A DNA stretch of 64,000 bases from positions 9,539,628 through 9,603,627 of the forward strand of contig NC_081396.1 of assembly GCF_030684315.1 (NCBI RefSeq). The letters are read 5' to 3'. This document shows, one piece after another, positions 24,183 through 37,209 of the stretch. The notes beneath the pieces are model-generated. The model saw only the letters and a list, made by a program, of their open reading frames with translations, searched no databases and was not told where the DNA came from. How positions within the stretch are numbered: the first letter of the stretch is position 1; each line of letters begins with the position of its first letter. The DNA comes from Stegostoma tigrinum. Taxonomy: Eukaryota. A program made the translations under genes and the position numbers.

Positions 24183-25216
24183 GATTTTCTCCAATTATTC
24201 TTTCAACAACGAGACGAACCACGTTCAAATGATTCTGAATTCGACATTCCTGATATTAAATTGGACAAGAGGACTTTTTCAAAACTCGAGATAAATTATT
24301 GAGTTACCTTCCAGAGGAAAATTGAAATGGCCTGAAAGTGCTGTAAAGTACTCATCTGATTATGCACGATGTAGATAAAGGAAATGCTGATTCAATTAAG
24401 CAATATCCTTTTCGATGTCTAATAGTTAAAAGTGTGAGTTGTTCACTGAAGCTCTGAATAAATGAATTGTGGTTTTATTGTGATCTAAGTGTCACCGCTG
24501 TTTCTTTATCTATGTGTGAATTGTTGCCTCTCAGAGCCGATAACACTCGTGTTGAGTTCAATGAATATATATTAGGGTCAGCTCTCATCCACTGAAGTGT
24601 AAAAATCCCATTGCAGTCATCACTTTGGTCAATGATTTTAAAACCTTCGAATGCAATACGTTGGAGTCCAGACTGACTTTAAGATTGCTCATCCAGATCT
24701 GGCATCTGGTTATGTTAAATATGATAGTGCCATGATCTGCAACTGGACCTCTCCAGCCTATCAACTGTACACAGTTGATTGCGATCTCAGCCTAGGAATC
24801 CGATCCTTGTATGATTCTAAATGAAGTGAATAAAGCAAAAGGTAAATTCAGCTGGACAATTAGCATGTAACTCTAATGGAATGTTCCATCGAGAATGGAA
24901 GGGCCTGTCAGCGAAAACAAAACGCAGCTATTACTGAACGAGACCAGTCTACATTGAATATTTAAATAAAACAGATCAGACCGAATGCGATTGTAATTGT
25001 GGTTAACTGGATAAATATTTTTTGCCTCAGCAATTAAACTGTACAGATACACTATGACCAATTGCAGAGATGTGGGACATGAACACGGCCCTTCAAGCTC
25101 AGAGGTAGTGACACTGCCCCACAACTCAGACCCTCTCAAAGACTGCACTAGTCATAAGCCGTGCTTGCTTATTCTCTGTTCAGCTGGCCCAGCATTGAGA
25201 AACAAAGCAGCAATGC

Positions 25217-25530
25217 TTAGATTAAATTCCCTACAGTGTGGAAACAGGCCCTTCGGCCCAACAAGTCCACACTGACCTCGAAACATCCCACAAAGAGCCC
25301 TCCCCCGCAACCCACACACCGCTGAACTCTACAGATAATTTAAACATGGCCAATCCACCGAGCCTGCACATCATTGGACTGTGGGAGGAAACCAGAGCAC
25401 CCGGAGGAAACCCACGCAGACAGAGGGAGAATGTGCAAACTCCACACACACCGCCACCTGACGCTGGAATCGAACCCGGATCCCTGGTGCTGTGAGGCTG
25501 CAGTGCTAACCACTGAGCCACCATGCTGTG
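25217..25530 (-). mobile_element. HE1-like SINE, full length
   Basis: ttagattaaattccctacagtgtggaaacaggcccttcggccc ... ggaatcgaacc (B box) ... ctaaccactgagcca (A box). Confidence 0.9.
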
Positions 25531-25780
25531 ATCCATTAGAATTCGTCCCGTCCACAATACATAGGCACACAGATTCTTAAAGAGAGTGATTCAACAATGA
25601 TCAGGAGGGGACAGCCTGGCTGACATTTCCTCAGAAAATTTGCATGTCTCAGGGCGTGGATGCCACTGCTGTAGATTGAAACGAGATTCCAGGCGGTTTC
25701 TTAAAAAGTAAAGAAGGCATTCAGCTCTGTGACCTCTGGATATCTCACTTTAGGACCTCCTCAGATCCCTTGAAGAAACT

Positions 25781-25992
25781 GAGATCACAAGGTGTTGACC
25801 TGAATGAACACAGCAGGCCACACAGCATCAGAGGAGCTGGAAGGCAGATATTTCTGGCCAAGACATGACCCTAGAACTGGTCTAGGACCGAAACATCAGC
25901 CTTCCTGCTCCTCTAATGCTGCTTGGCCTGCTGTGTTCATCCAAATCTACACGTTGTTGTCTCGCATTCTCCAGCATCTGCAGTTCCGACTA
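25781..25992. mobile_element. Inverted dimer of Penelope-derived element in gene B promoter
   Basis: atgaacacagcaggcca...gcatcagaggagc / gctcctctaatgctgcttggcctgctgtgttcat. Possible short TSD tgaagaaa at 25771-25778 and 25997-26004. Confidence 0.8.
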
Positions 25993-26161
25993 AACCTGAA
26001 GAAATATTCAATTCACATAAGGTGGGACAAATTATTGTGTCAAAATGAAGTTAATTAATGCCAAAACTCAAGCGAACTATATATCTCTCTGGAGGATAAC
26101 GTGGTATAATTGCCACTGTTTTTCAGCAAATTTCAAAACGTGCTTGGCGCTCACGACAGAA

Positions 26162-26231
26162 ATGCATGCTCGGCTAACAGGTCTGTCATTTGCCATTTAT
26201 TATCCCATCACTGCTGCTATAGGGATTCCAG
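26162..26231 (+). CDS. GPR139-like GPCR gene B, coding exon 1
   Basis: MHARLTGLSFAIYYPITAAIGIP+G, 70 nt, donor GTAAAG. Joins in phase 1 to 36274, giving ...GIPANLAVIVILS. Confidence 0.9.
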
Positions 26232-26889
26232 GTAAAGTCTACAGATTGTTCTGAACCACGAGTCATTGCTCGTCACTACCAATCTATTAAGTTTATCAAC
26301 AGAATGGTTTCACAGCGGCTATATTCGTTGTTATATTTAAAGGGGAATATTTCTCCTTTCAGCAGTTTCGTGTCCTTATGGTAAATGTTAAATTCCTCCC
26401 TCCCCCGTTTTAATGGTGTTACTTTTTGCAGCTGCAACGGTGAGTGTTTATTTCATCTTCCATCAAAAGTTGCCAGCATTCTTCAATTTATCAATTTAAC
26501 TACCGTAAGTTTCTATTTAATCAAAACAGTTTCGTCATAAGAAACAACGTAGTTTATCTTGTCATGAAAGTTATCATTTCCTCGTTTAAATGAAGAAATT
26601 TCTTGCATTGACCGTTCGTATGTTGAGGCAAAGGTTGAACAGTTTGTTGTTGGTACTTCGTATCATTGTTTTTCTCCAAGGTAGTACGGGCGTTCTGCTG
26701 TCACAATTCAACTGACAATTCTGGTGATTTTGACAGTGCTGTTGGTTATGAATGAGTAACGAGACACTTTGGGGAAAGGTAGTTCTTTAGCAGGATTGAC
26801 AATGTTCCTGATGGTGAATATTCACACTTCAGTCACAATGTAAACGGAGTCCTCTTCTGTCACACTTGTTGTGAATTCATATTGTGATG

Positions 26890-28900
26890 GCTGCACTATT
26901 GTCCGGTGGTACAAAACCCTGGACAAGAGAGGACCTCTGAGGACTTTGTGCTAGTCTGGGATACCATTGCTGACATGAAGACAGGGGGTGGGTGGACGGC
27001 TGCCTCATGAACCTGGATCTGGAGGAGGCCTTTGACAGGATATGCACACCTGCATGCAGGTGTGCTCTCCAATATGGGATTGGGGGAGAGATTCCAACCT
27101 GGATCCAACTCTTTTATGCCAACATCGTGATTGCAATCTCAATCAATGGTGGGAATCAGAAAGCCTCCCCATCTCATCTGGAAACAGGCGATGCTTTTTT
27201 GTGTGTGTTGTACTGAACCTTTCACTGAACCCATCAGGAAGGATGCCCACCCCAGAAGGGTGACTGTTCCAGGGCAGCTGGAGGTGTGCTAATTATTGCC
27301 GCACTGTGCATGGATGGTTTTGCTGTTTCTTGCTGGGACACCGTTGTCAGTGTGCAGGCTCCTGAATAGCTCCAACCATCCCCTTCACCATCAGAGCACA
27401 TTGCCTGAAGGTGCTAGGATTAGGGGCTAGGGCGCGCACAAAAATGTGGGAGGAGCAGTAACTGGGCTTATAGCAGCATCGCTCTCTCTCCATTGCAGAA
27501 AAAAACCTGGTGTGAGGTACTCTCAGGGTTGCTGCATATGGCATAATTCTGGCCCATTCCCTGACCCTATGACTTTGCATTCACCCAAGCAATCTTCCAC
27601 TTCATCCGGAGGTCTTCTTCAGGGGCACCATGTACAAAGCTCTGGATAAGGGGGGTGTGAAAGACACAACCAATGCCACCCTCATCCTGATTGCCACCTT
27701 TGTACATGGCTGTATTAACCTCTATGTAGACCCTCAGCACAAACACAAACTGTCAGCACACACTGGATTTCTACTGGTTCCCTTGTGCGGTGAGGGATGG
27801 GTCTGGCCCCATTCTTGCAGAATGCTGCAAACAGTAAGACTTTTCTATGTCACTGGTCCCTCCCTCCTGGTGAAATTTTCAAAGGAAAATACTTTTGACC
27901 ATTAGACCATCAGGAAGTTGTAAGCATGTAGTGTTCTCAAAATATTGTGGGGAAAGGAGAGGTTGGATCCTCTTATGTGATTCCCTTATCAGACTGTCAA
28001 AGTCTTTTGACGGAATGCCCCCTTGCAAAAACTTTCCAACAAACACCAAGATACTGTTTGGCTGGTGGTGAGAAGGACATTACCTGTCAAATCCTTCATG
28101 GATGCCTGAACTCTCTGGGCAACTGCACACTGCCATCAATGGAGCTGTGGATGCGGATGAGGCTGGTGGTAGTGAAAGAGGTTTTTACACACGTCCTTCT
28201 GCAATGTGCCTTTGCAAAGAAGGCCTGGACGGAGATTAGATTCCCTACAGTGTGGAAACAGGCCCTTAGGCCCAACAAGTCCACACCGCCCCTTGCAGCA
28301 TCCCCCCTAGACCCTTCCGCCTACAACCCACACACCCCTAAACACTATTCACAATTTAGCATGGCCAATCCACCTAGCCTGCACATCTTTGGACTTTGGG
28401 AGGAAACCAGAGCACCCGAAGGAAACCCATGCAGACACGGGGAGAATGTGCAAACTCCACACAGACAGTCACCCGAAGCTGGAATCGAACCCAGATCCCT
28501 GCAACTGTGAGCCTCCAATGCAAACAACTGAGCCACCGTGCACCCTAGATGCATTAGTTTTTGTCAAGGTTCGTCCCAAGCAATTCCGTACCACAGGACT
28601 CTGTACTCAGCGGGCTGTTCCCCGTAACACAAACTGACACAAACATTAACTGTGCCTGGAGCATCGCCTCCTTGTTGAAAGAAATTCTTTGGCCTGCCGA
28701 TACCTGGTGGTCTTCCAGTGTAGAGCTGACCATGATTGAGTGTGGTATAATTGCATATTTCAAGGTCCAGGATGCCACACTGAGGGACGCCTTAAAGCTT
28801 GGAGCTACAGCCACCAAGGCAGAGTAGGGAAAAACTGTTGTCTGAGGTCTTTCTGCCAAAGTATAACGAGGTGCAGTACAGTTCCAAGACCCCTTCAATG
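26890..28900 (+). mobile_element. Degenerate L1/Tx1-clade LINE ORF2 3' half (in gene B intron)
   Basis: MNLDLEEAFDRI, WIQLFYANIVIAISINGG, and C-terminal HVLLQCAFAKKAW (CCHC-region motif). Many stops. Confidence 0.75.
28234..28545 (-). mobile_element. HE1-like SINE nested in the Tx1-like LINE
   Basis: gattagattccctacagtgtggaaacaggccc ... ggaatcgaaccc ... actgagccaccgtgc. Confidence 0.9.
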
Positions 28901-31499
28901 TTTCAAAATGAATGCAAATAGTTTACTGCTTGAGTGGCAAATACTTTTGTTTTGCAACTGCAGGGATGCTCTGAGGAGTGAGAAATTCCAAATTTTTTCT
29001 CTCTCTCTTTGTAAAGAGTGCAAGAACATTTTTGGATTTTTTTTCTACAAACTTTTTTTTCACAATAAACCAAGCTGTGGTTTCACCTTGGCAGAGAAGG
29101 AATCATTCCATGAAACAAGTCAATTGGTGAATGGTTTGAACCATGCTCTGAACTGAATAAATGTTTGCATTTAATGAAGGGACATTATTTTTCACCAGTA
29201 TATTGGAAGACACATAGAAAATATAGTTATACTTTAATTGGTGACTGTTTTGCCCACCCTGACTTCGAGAGCGTTGAGTTTCTCTTCCCATTCACTGATT
29301 CTGACCTGCCAACCTCTGCAATATGATACTGCTGACGTGTTTAAATTATTCAATGCTGTTGCATATGTCGTTTTATTGTTCAGCACCCAGGAAGGCCTCG
29401 GGCATTTTCCCCCCATTTCAAGGCTTGTTTCACAACAAGTGGAGCTCAATAACTGGTAGAAAGTCTCACATGTAACATAAAGACATTTCATGTCAAATAG
29501 TTAAAACAAAATGAAGTTGATCAATTATCCTCACGGAGCAGTGAGGCCCAGAAAAGAACTGTTGCAATGTAGATGGTACTTTTCTTTCCCCCAAATGTTC
29601 TACCTGCCAGTACGAGGAGTGCAGATTTGCATTGATAATCCAGTATGTTTATCAAATAAATAGCTCGGCATTGTAATAGCCTCATACCCAAAAATATATC
29701 CTCTTAGTTTGTGTGAAACTCGTTCTCTTGTTTCTGTTTAACTTAAAAAATCTCATCAAACTCAGCAAAATAAAACAATGAACGGAACAAAGATGTGTGG
29801 CAGGTCAAACGACTGTCCAGGATATAAGGAACGACTTGCAATCACGACAAGGTTAAGCATGAGGAGTTGTTATTAAGAAGAGGTTCATGTTCCACTGAGA
29901 ACCAACGCTGAGACACCCAAAGAAGAGAACCTCATTCGAGAATCTGTTACATGGAGTGTGAAAAGGGTGTAACCTGTCTTTCAGCAACTTCTAGTGGTTA
30001 AATCAAATAAATCACTGACATTCACTTTACAATCAATGTACACAATGTGTTTATCAAACTCTAACAGTGAGCAAACTAACCAAACTGTTAACAATCTGAA
30101 CAAATCCCTTCTAACTCCTAACTATTCCAGAATAATGCAAGATTCTCGTGGTTAGTTGTTCGAATAAATAAAGGTCAGACTTCTAGAACGAAATAATAGA
30201 ATTTGGTCTCTTGAAATTCCAACCTGACAACATCATCTGGAATATTCTGTGCCTCCTCAGTCGATTCTTAACTCAGGAATGCTTTCTCTGTGAAATCTTC
30301 CATCAGGAATCTTAGCTCGGAGTGTTGTGCTACTGTTGTGAATAGACAGTGCTTCCTCTAAGAGCTGAGGGCTGTTTTCTCTTGCAGATGGCTGTTAACT
30401 CTGCTGATTCTCCATCTGCACCCTTCCATTATACCCCGGACGACATATCAATTTCTTGCAATGGGATTGATCCTAAGTTGTCAAAACAATCAGATTAATA
30501 TTTGATAGTTTATTTGGTATCTCAGCGCCTGGTTGAAATTGATTGACTAATTTCCAAAACCTGTTGTTTTAGTAAAACTGCTGCTTGGCCTGCTCACGGT
30601 ATGGTCTTTTGCTACAAGTGTTTCAATTTGGTTGCTCTCTGTACTTGGAAACTTTTAAGCTGCTCACAGATACCTCCGAGCATCGACAAAGCATAATCAT
30701 TTGAAGGGACCACGCAATGCTTATGCCCACTGTCCTCCCGACATTTTACAAACAGCAAATTCTAACACCCTGCCTCCCAATCCACCTTCGATAACAACTT
30801 CATAACAGGAATCACGAGACGAAGTCAGTTAGAATCGTGAAATGGATTATAACAGATTCGACAGGAAGTAATAAAAAAGTGTAATAAAAGTTAATGTTGA
30901 TAATTTATTGAGTGAGACTGAGAACTTTATAGCAGATAACAAGGAAATGGTAGATGAAATGAACTTACTTTTTTGTCTTTCCTAGAGAATAATCAGAAAC
31001 CATCTTCACTATGAAACAGGCAGTGGAAGGAAGAGAGGAATTTAGTGAAATAATAATCATTAAGGAAGCGGTAATAAACATGTATATGGCATGGAACTTC
31101 CACTAGACTCTTAGTCCAGAATATTTTGTTGAAGGTCCTAAATGACTCTCTTAAGGAAGTAATAGATTTGTTGGTGTTTACCTACTGAAATGTCTTCCTT
31201 TCATGATAGGTTACATGGGAAGGAAAAGGAGAAAATATGACCCCTCAATTCAAGAAGAGAGGGAGGTAGAATTGATAAAATGATATTGTATGACATTTGT
31301 CTGTCCCTGACTGAGAATATTTCAATGATATTTTCCAACCCTCGGGGAGTTTTCCCAAATATAAGGATCCTTTGAAAATTGTTATCGGTGCATACATTGC
31401 CTCTGTAGTTACCTCTCCTAAAATCCAAAGTTACAATCCATCAGGTCCAAAGGTGTTGCAAGCATTTAACCCCAATAGTCTCGCTGGTGCTTAGTAAGT

Positions 31500-32420
31500 A
31501 TGACACTAATATTGACAGCATCAAAACTGATGGCCGAATGGACAGTGAAGAAGATTGTAAATGGACAATCTAAGATTGTAGAGAGAACTTGATCAGTTGG
31601 GTCAATGGGCTGAAGACCAGCAGATGGAGTTTAATTAGGATGAATGTGAGGTGTTACATTTTATTAAAACAAGCAAGGGCAGCACTAGTACAGTTTAAAG
31701 TATGGTTTTGGGTAGTGTTGTAGTACAGAGGATTTAGAGGGTCAGGTACATAATTCTGTGAAGTTAGTGTCACATAGTATGGCTATGCTTTTAGCACACT
31801 TACATTCATTGCTCAGACCTTTGACTATAGGATTAGGGGTATTATTGTGATGTGCACAAGACGTTGATGAGGCCGCTTCTGGAATGCTGTGTCCAGTTCT
31901 GATCAGCTTTTTATAGCAAGAATATTATTTAGCTAGAGAGTGTTCAGAAGAGATTGACTAGAGTATTGCTGGGAATGGAGGGTTTGAGTTACATGAAGAG
32001 ACTGGATCGGCTGGGACATTTTTCATTGGAGTGTCGGGAAGTTGATGAGGGAACTTAAAGAAGTTTATGAAATCATGAGGGCTATAAATAATGTGAATGG
32101 CAGGTGCCTTTTTCTCCGGGGTGGGGGACTTCAAGACGAAGTACATATTTTCAAGGTGAGAGGAAAAAAATTTAAAAAGACATGACGTGCAATTTTTTTA
32201 AACAGAAAGTTGGCTGTGTGTGGAATGAACTTCTCGAAAGAGGTGTGGATATGGCTACAGTTACAATGTTTAAAAGACAGTTGGATAAGTCTATGAATGA
32301 GAAATATTTGGAAAAATATGAGCCAAGCACAGGTAGGTGGGAATAGTTTAGGTTGGGATTATGTGTGGTTGGACTGAATGGCCTGTTTCCATGCTGTATG
32401 GTCTTATGGTTCTAAGTGAT
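31500..32420 (+). mobile_element. CR1 3' portion, degenerate
   Basis: tgacactaatattg (DDTK), cagatggagtttaat, gaggccgcttctggaatgctgtgtccagttctg, gcctgtttccatgctgtat tail. Confidence 0.85.
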
Positions 32421-32429
32421 AGTCACTCT

Positions 32430-34900
32430 GTGTTTACTTACTCCCAACCATCACCGCTCACCTTCCATCCCTCAACATTTTGGGATTTTCGGAACACTGT
32501 GAATGTGCTCGACAATGAAGATTGATGTAGATTAATTCTTTAACCCCTCTGCTATTTCATGATTCCCCAGTAATATTTCCCCAGCTTCATTCTTTTCATT
32601 CTCTCTTCATTCTGTTTAATATATTTAAAGAAACTGTTACTGTTTGTCGTGATATTCCTCTTCGTTTTCCCCTTTGGGAACAGAGTAATCTTTTGTTGAT
32701 CCTTAACAAGTTTCCAAGCCTTCTGGTTTACCAGTATTATTTGTAATATTATATACCATTTTCCCCTTTCAGTTTGATACTATCATTATCTGTCTTCTCA
32801 ACAATTGTCGTTTTAACCACTTCATACATACTCACTGGGATAAATATTTGCTATGAATCATAAATTATTTTCTTAAATTTCTGCCCTTGTGCCTCAACCA
32901 TCTTTTCTGCTCAACCTATTCCTAAGCCCGCTCCAGCAAACTCATCCCTCCTCCCTATGTCATTATCCCTATTTAACTTTGGCACATTTGTGCCCAATCT
33001 AAGTTTCACACTCTAAAGCTAAATTATAAATTCACCAGCAGGGGATCTCATGCTCTGAGAATATTCTTGAAACTTTTCTTGTGTATGAGACCCAAAATGG
33101 CCTGATCTTTGATTGGATCCATGACATATTGTCCCGGGGAGCTGTTCCAAATTCACTCTATGAATTCTTCCTCATGGCAATCTTTGCCAAATGATGGTCC
33201 CAAACTGCATGAACATTAAAAGCACCCATAGTCCGTGTGTTAGGTTTTGTTTTCAATGCCATTGTTGTGTTATTGTGTATTCTCTGTCCTTCAGAACTGC
33301 TGTAGACAGGATTGATGGCTCCTGTGCTTTCAAAGACAAAACGAGAGAGGAGCAGAATTAGGACATTCAGCCCATCGAGTCTGCTCCACCATTGATGATG
33401 ACAAATATGTTTCTCAACCCCATTTTCCAGTTTTCTTCCTATTAACTTTGATCCTTTTACAAATCAAGAACCCATCTATTTTTGTCTGAAATACACTGAG
33501 ATTGATATGTTCTTCTTTACCTTATTAATTATTATCACCACCATTCTGGATTCAGCAATATCCATCTCATTTCTTGCATCACACCCATTCCATTTCATAC
33601 TCGAAAAGCTACCCTAATGCCCCTTCCTTCCTGCCTCCCCTTTTGACAAGTCAAATGTCCCTGAATATTTAGTTATCTACTTTGACCTCTTTTGAACCAT
33701 ATGTCTGTATTAGCAATAAAATCACGCTCATGCACTTACTTCTGGATTGTTAGTTCATTTTGTTTTCTGAAGGCAACATACATTTAAAAATAAAATGTCA
33801 ATAATTTTATTCTTTTATCATTTTTGCCACGTTGATACTGTTTGCACTTGTTCTCTGATGCATTTGCACTCTGTCCTTTTCTGTCGCACTTTTAGTATCA
33901 TTATATGAATAGTTGCCCTGTAGTGCTGACATACCATTTTCTGTGTGTGTTGGTATAATCCCCCCAGCAAGATCTCTCCACCCTCTAAATAATTTAAAGC
34001 CCCCTTTCTACAACCTACATTGTTTGATTCACTGAAATCCTCATCCCAGCACAGGTTAAGTGAAGCCCATTTAATTGGAACTATTCCTTTCTACACCAAT
34101 ATTAATGTCGGAGCCCCTCAAAATGAAACTCAATCCAAACATTTCAATTTTCAACCCATTCAATTCACTCCTCACCTTATCTAACCCAAGCAAGTTTTCC
34201 CAGAGCTCAAGCAATAATTCTGATATTACCTCGAATGTCCTGCTGGTCTTTAGATGAGCTCGTAACTGTTCAAATTCTTCGCGCAGTACCTGCTTTCCAG
34301 TTCAATCTGTGGCCTCATACCAAAGTAGATGCATATATTTTAATGCCCCGCCTTCCCTGTTCAGCATTCTCTCCAGCTCTGAGGCAATGCAATTAATCTG
34401 GCTGAAGACAAATACAATCATCATGGCTCACACATTTGGTTCCAGGAAGATCTATTTCCCCATTTATTCTGTCTGCCAGCATGATTATGTTCTCATTGGT
34501 CCCCATACTCAGATGTTCCCTGTATCACAATGCCATTATCACTTTGCTCATCACTCCTGCCATGGTCATCCATGTAGCATGGAATATCCTCGCGCATGTT
34601 GGATAATTGTTGAGACAGAAGGTCCTCAAGGGCACCCGCATGAGTTCCCATACCTGCCTCAACAGTAGGCACCTCCGCCAGGTCTTGATCACAGGATAAA
34701 TTGCAAATACCTCATCTGAGGGCTGTGTCATCTTGCTGGAGCAAAGCTTCCATGTAACTACGCCTCTGCCTGATGCAGCACAATGATCGCAACTGAGATT
34801 CTAGCTCCTCAACTCAGTTCTGCTGTTGCTTGACAGTAAACCTACATATGTGTTCATTGCAGATCACCTAGGTATCCAAAACCTTCTGAGCCCTATACCT
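32430..34900 (-). mobile_element. Old CR1-like LINE 5' half (ORF1 and endonuclease region), highly degenerate
   Basis: Minus-strand relic motifs resembling CR1 APE C-terminus (~33050-33250) and ORF1 (~34000-34870). No open frame. Confidence 0.5.
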
Positions 34901-35927
34901 GCAACTCAAACAACGTTTGAAGATGGCTATGACTCCATTGAGAAGTGAAAGAAAACAATGAATTTTATGCTGTTGACAGAGGGGGAGGACGAGACAGTGG
35001 AAAAGGTGGAGGAGGATGCCGAAGCCAACAGGGGTATGAGTGACGGGAAAGGAGTGATTAAGATGTAAAATAAGTGTTGATTATATGTGTGAAAAAGAGA
35101 CAATGTGTCAGATCTGCTGACACATCTGATGTGTCAGAACAAACCCCCCAAGACACAAACAATGCAGGGTGGAGAGAGCAGAAATTGAAACCAAAATGGA
35201 AGACAGAATACGTGCTCTGAATCTGTTGAACCCAATACTGATTCCTGAAGGATACCCAAGCAGGACAAAACACATTGTTCCTCCAGCTCATTTGTACTCC
35301 GCTGGAACACTGTACCAGCTCTAGAATGGAAACATAGGCATCATATGAGGAAACAGATTGAATGATAAGCAATTGAAATATAGGTATCATTCTTAAAGAA
35401 AACACACATGTGTTTGACAAAACAGTCATGCAGTCTGCTATTGGTCTCACCAAAGTAAGGGAGACTGCAGTGTGAGAAGTGAAGATAATGTACCGGATTG
35501 AAAGAAGTGGAAATAATGTTATCTTCTGAGGGAGTTCGGGAGTAGGGGCCAAAGTTTTATAAAAATGCTGCGCTAAATTGGGACTGAGGCGGTTGAATTT
35601 GGGACTCTGTATCCACAAAGATGGTGGAAGCAGGATCACTTCTAATACTGAGTTAAATATATTTCTGTCTAGCAAGTGAACAAAATGTTATTTGGCACAC
35701 TGGAATATTGTATTGCACAAACAAAAAGATTCCCCGTAATCTATGTAAATGTCTGAGAAGTTTTAAACGGCAGACACCTTATTTCTGCTCCAATTTTGCA
35801 GTGATCATGTGCTTTGTTCGGTCTCATGAAAATATTTTTGAATCGTATGTCTTTGACCTCAACCTGAACGGTGGTGTTGAATTCAGGAAATTGGTACCCA
35901 CAGACAGACACAATGATTTCCAAAGAT

Positions 35928-36132
35928 AATACGAATTGCAGACGCTGGAGAATCCGAGATAACAAGGTGCAGAGCTAGATGAGCACTGCAGGTCAAGCAT
36001 CATCTTAGGAGCAGGAAAGTCTATGTTTCGGGCCTCGATGATAAAGGGTCCAGAAAAGCCCCCAGTCATCTTTCGTGCCCCTGAGATGCTGTTTGCGTTG
36101 TTGTGTTCATCCAGCTTCAGACCTTGTTACTT
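35928..36132. mobile_element. Inverted dimer of Penelope-derived element with 18-bp TSD
   Basis: ACAATGATTTCCAAAGAT at 35910-35927 and 36133-36150 flanks ataacaaggtgcagagctagatgag... / ...gttcatccagcttcagaccttgtta. Confidence 0.85.
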
Positions 36133-36273
36133 ACAATGATTTCCAAAGATGCGCGCATTTCAAAATTTATATTTCACACAGAATCCTGTAAGATGGATTA
36201 TTTTACTGGTCTCCAAAATTCACATCCACAGCCTGGTTTGATCTTTATCTCTCTGTCTCTCTATCTATTACAG

Positions 36274-37199
36274 CTAACCTGGCAGTAATTGTGATCCTGT
36301 CTCAAAGAAGATGTGGTCTCTCTGGATGTGTTACTTATTACCTGGTGTCCATAGCAGTGGCAGATCTACTGGTTATGCTCATGACTGTAATATTAAACCG
36401 GATTGCTGGCATTTATTTCCCATCCAGCTTCCTGTCTATCACACCTGTGTGTAGTATCCGTAATGCATTAAATATCGCAGCCACTGACAGTTCTGCATGG
36501 TTAACAGTGGTTTTCACCTTTGACCGATTTGTCGCCGTTTCTTGGCCAAACCTGAAAGCAAAATATTGTACCAGGAAGGTGGCAGCGTGGCTTATAGGAA
36601 TTGTGTGTGCATTGACCTGCCTAAAAAATATCTTTAGGTGTTTTCAATTTGAGCCAAAGTACATAATTAATGGTACACCCTGGTTTTGTGACATAAAATC
36701 CGTATATTATACTTCACCAGCATGGACTGCATATGACTGGATTCGATCCATTTTAAACCCCTGTCTGCCATTCATTTTGATTTTCCTCCTTAATGCTCTA
36801 ACTGTCAGACACATCCTAGTGGCAAATAGAATGCGGAGGAGATTTCGGAATCAGGGAAAAGAAAAGAACCAGAGGGACCCAGAAGTGGAGAAGCGTAAAA
36901 AGTCCATTATTTTACTCTTTGCTATCTCGGGTAGTTTCATCCTGTTGAATTTATTGTATTTTGTAACAATCCTTTATGTCCGAATTGCCAATGTTACTTA
37001 TTCCTCAGGTTCTGATGCCAATAATTCCACATTCGTTCTCCAACAGAGTGGACTTATGCTTCTGGTGCTGAGCTCTTGCATCAACCCATTTATTTACGCT
37101 GGGACACAACATAAATTCAGGGTCGCGTTAAAGAACATGATTAACTATCCAAAGAACCTATTGTTTAATATAGTAAAATTGGAAAACAGGAACATCTGA
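36274..37199 (+). CDS. GPR139-like GPCR gene B, coding exon 2 (intact; spliced product 331 aa)
   Basis: Polypyrimidine tract plus ttacAG acceptor at 36272-36273. Seven-TM pattern with AVADLL, FTFDRFVAV, PWFC, NPCLPFILIFLLNALTV, KSIILLFAISGSFIL, SSCINPFIY. Confidence 0.93.
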
Positions 37200-37209
37200 C
37201 ATGCACATA

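Noticed and set aside
23920-24302. ORFs with (RE)n or (SL)n runs
   Set aside because: Translations of the (CT)n microsatellite.
25638-25645. Ig-type octamer ATTTGCAT upstream of gene B
   Set aside because: The same 8-mer occurs at several unrelated positions (13821, 29625, 50891, ~54094) and is not shared by the paralogous promoters.
35058-35675. 205-aa minus-strand ORF
   Set aside because: Overlaps what looks like a very degenerate Penelope-like relic, with no recognisable protein.
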